From: an uncultured archaeon
GTDB taxonomy: Archaea; Asgardarchaeota; Lokiarchaeia; Sigyniarchaeales; SOKP01
Direction: 5' to 3'
Assembly: GCA_964447495.1 (NCBI GenBank)
Contig: CAYUTF010000002.1
Location: forward strand, 51,639 to 115,638
DNA: 64,000 nt
Position numbers and translations under genes: made by a program. The notes below the pieces were generated by a model that saw only the letters and a list, made by a program, of their open reading frames with translations, did no database searches and was not told the DNA's origin. Shown here piece after piece: positions 63,988 through 64,000 of this stretch (the stretch's first letter is position 1; every line of letters begins with the position of its first letter).

Positions 63988-64000
63988 AAATTTTATTATT

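Noticed and set aside
1-64000. CRISPR array, rRNA, transposase or integrase
   Set aside because: No regularly spaced repeats, rRNA-like sequence or recombinase motifs seen

Overview
AT-rich archaeal chromosomal window. Gene content (PAC2 proteasome chaperones, AfpA-type flavoprotein, SmsCB/MIS Fe-S genes, a Roadblock/longin-like protein, GGTGA/GGAGG Shine-Dalgarno sites) suggests an Asgard (Lokiarchaeia-like) genome; this assignment is inference. Most of the window is ordinary metabolism and transport: CopA, IscS/IscU, SufC/SufB, MobA, GatC, dUTPase, thiolase, PurE, RpiA, an S8 protease, a FadH-like reductase and a PAS histidine kinase. The main discovery is a MoxR-type AAA+ ATPase gene (29905-31692, minus strand) that appears as three broken ORFs. 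It is interrupted by two 30-nt, phase-0, stop-containing inserts (31345-31374 and 31051-31080). Each folds into a bulge-helix-bulge (BHB) motif whose predicted cleavage sites exactly restore a 575-aa protein, so these are candidate tRNA-type introns in an mRNA. A tRNA-Ala(GGC) in the same window carries a 28-nt BHB intron at the non-canonical 43/44 position that shares its AGTTAA...TAAC ends with the first mRNA intron. Other notable items: a CpaM-like methyltransferase with a fused HgcAB-like corrinoid protein, a truncated HNH-like toxin fragment followed by immunity-like genes, a decaying small-gene island next to the tRNA, a twice-repeated palindromic operator, and several microproteins missing from the ORF track.
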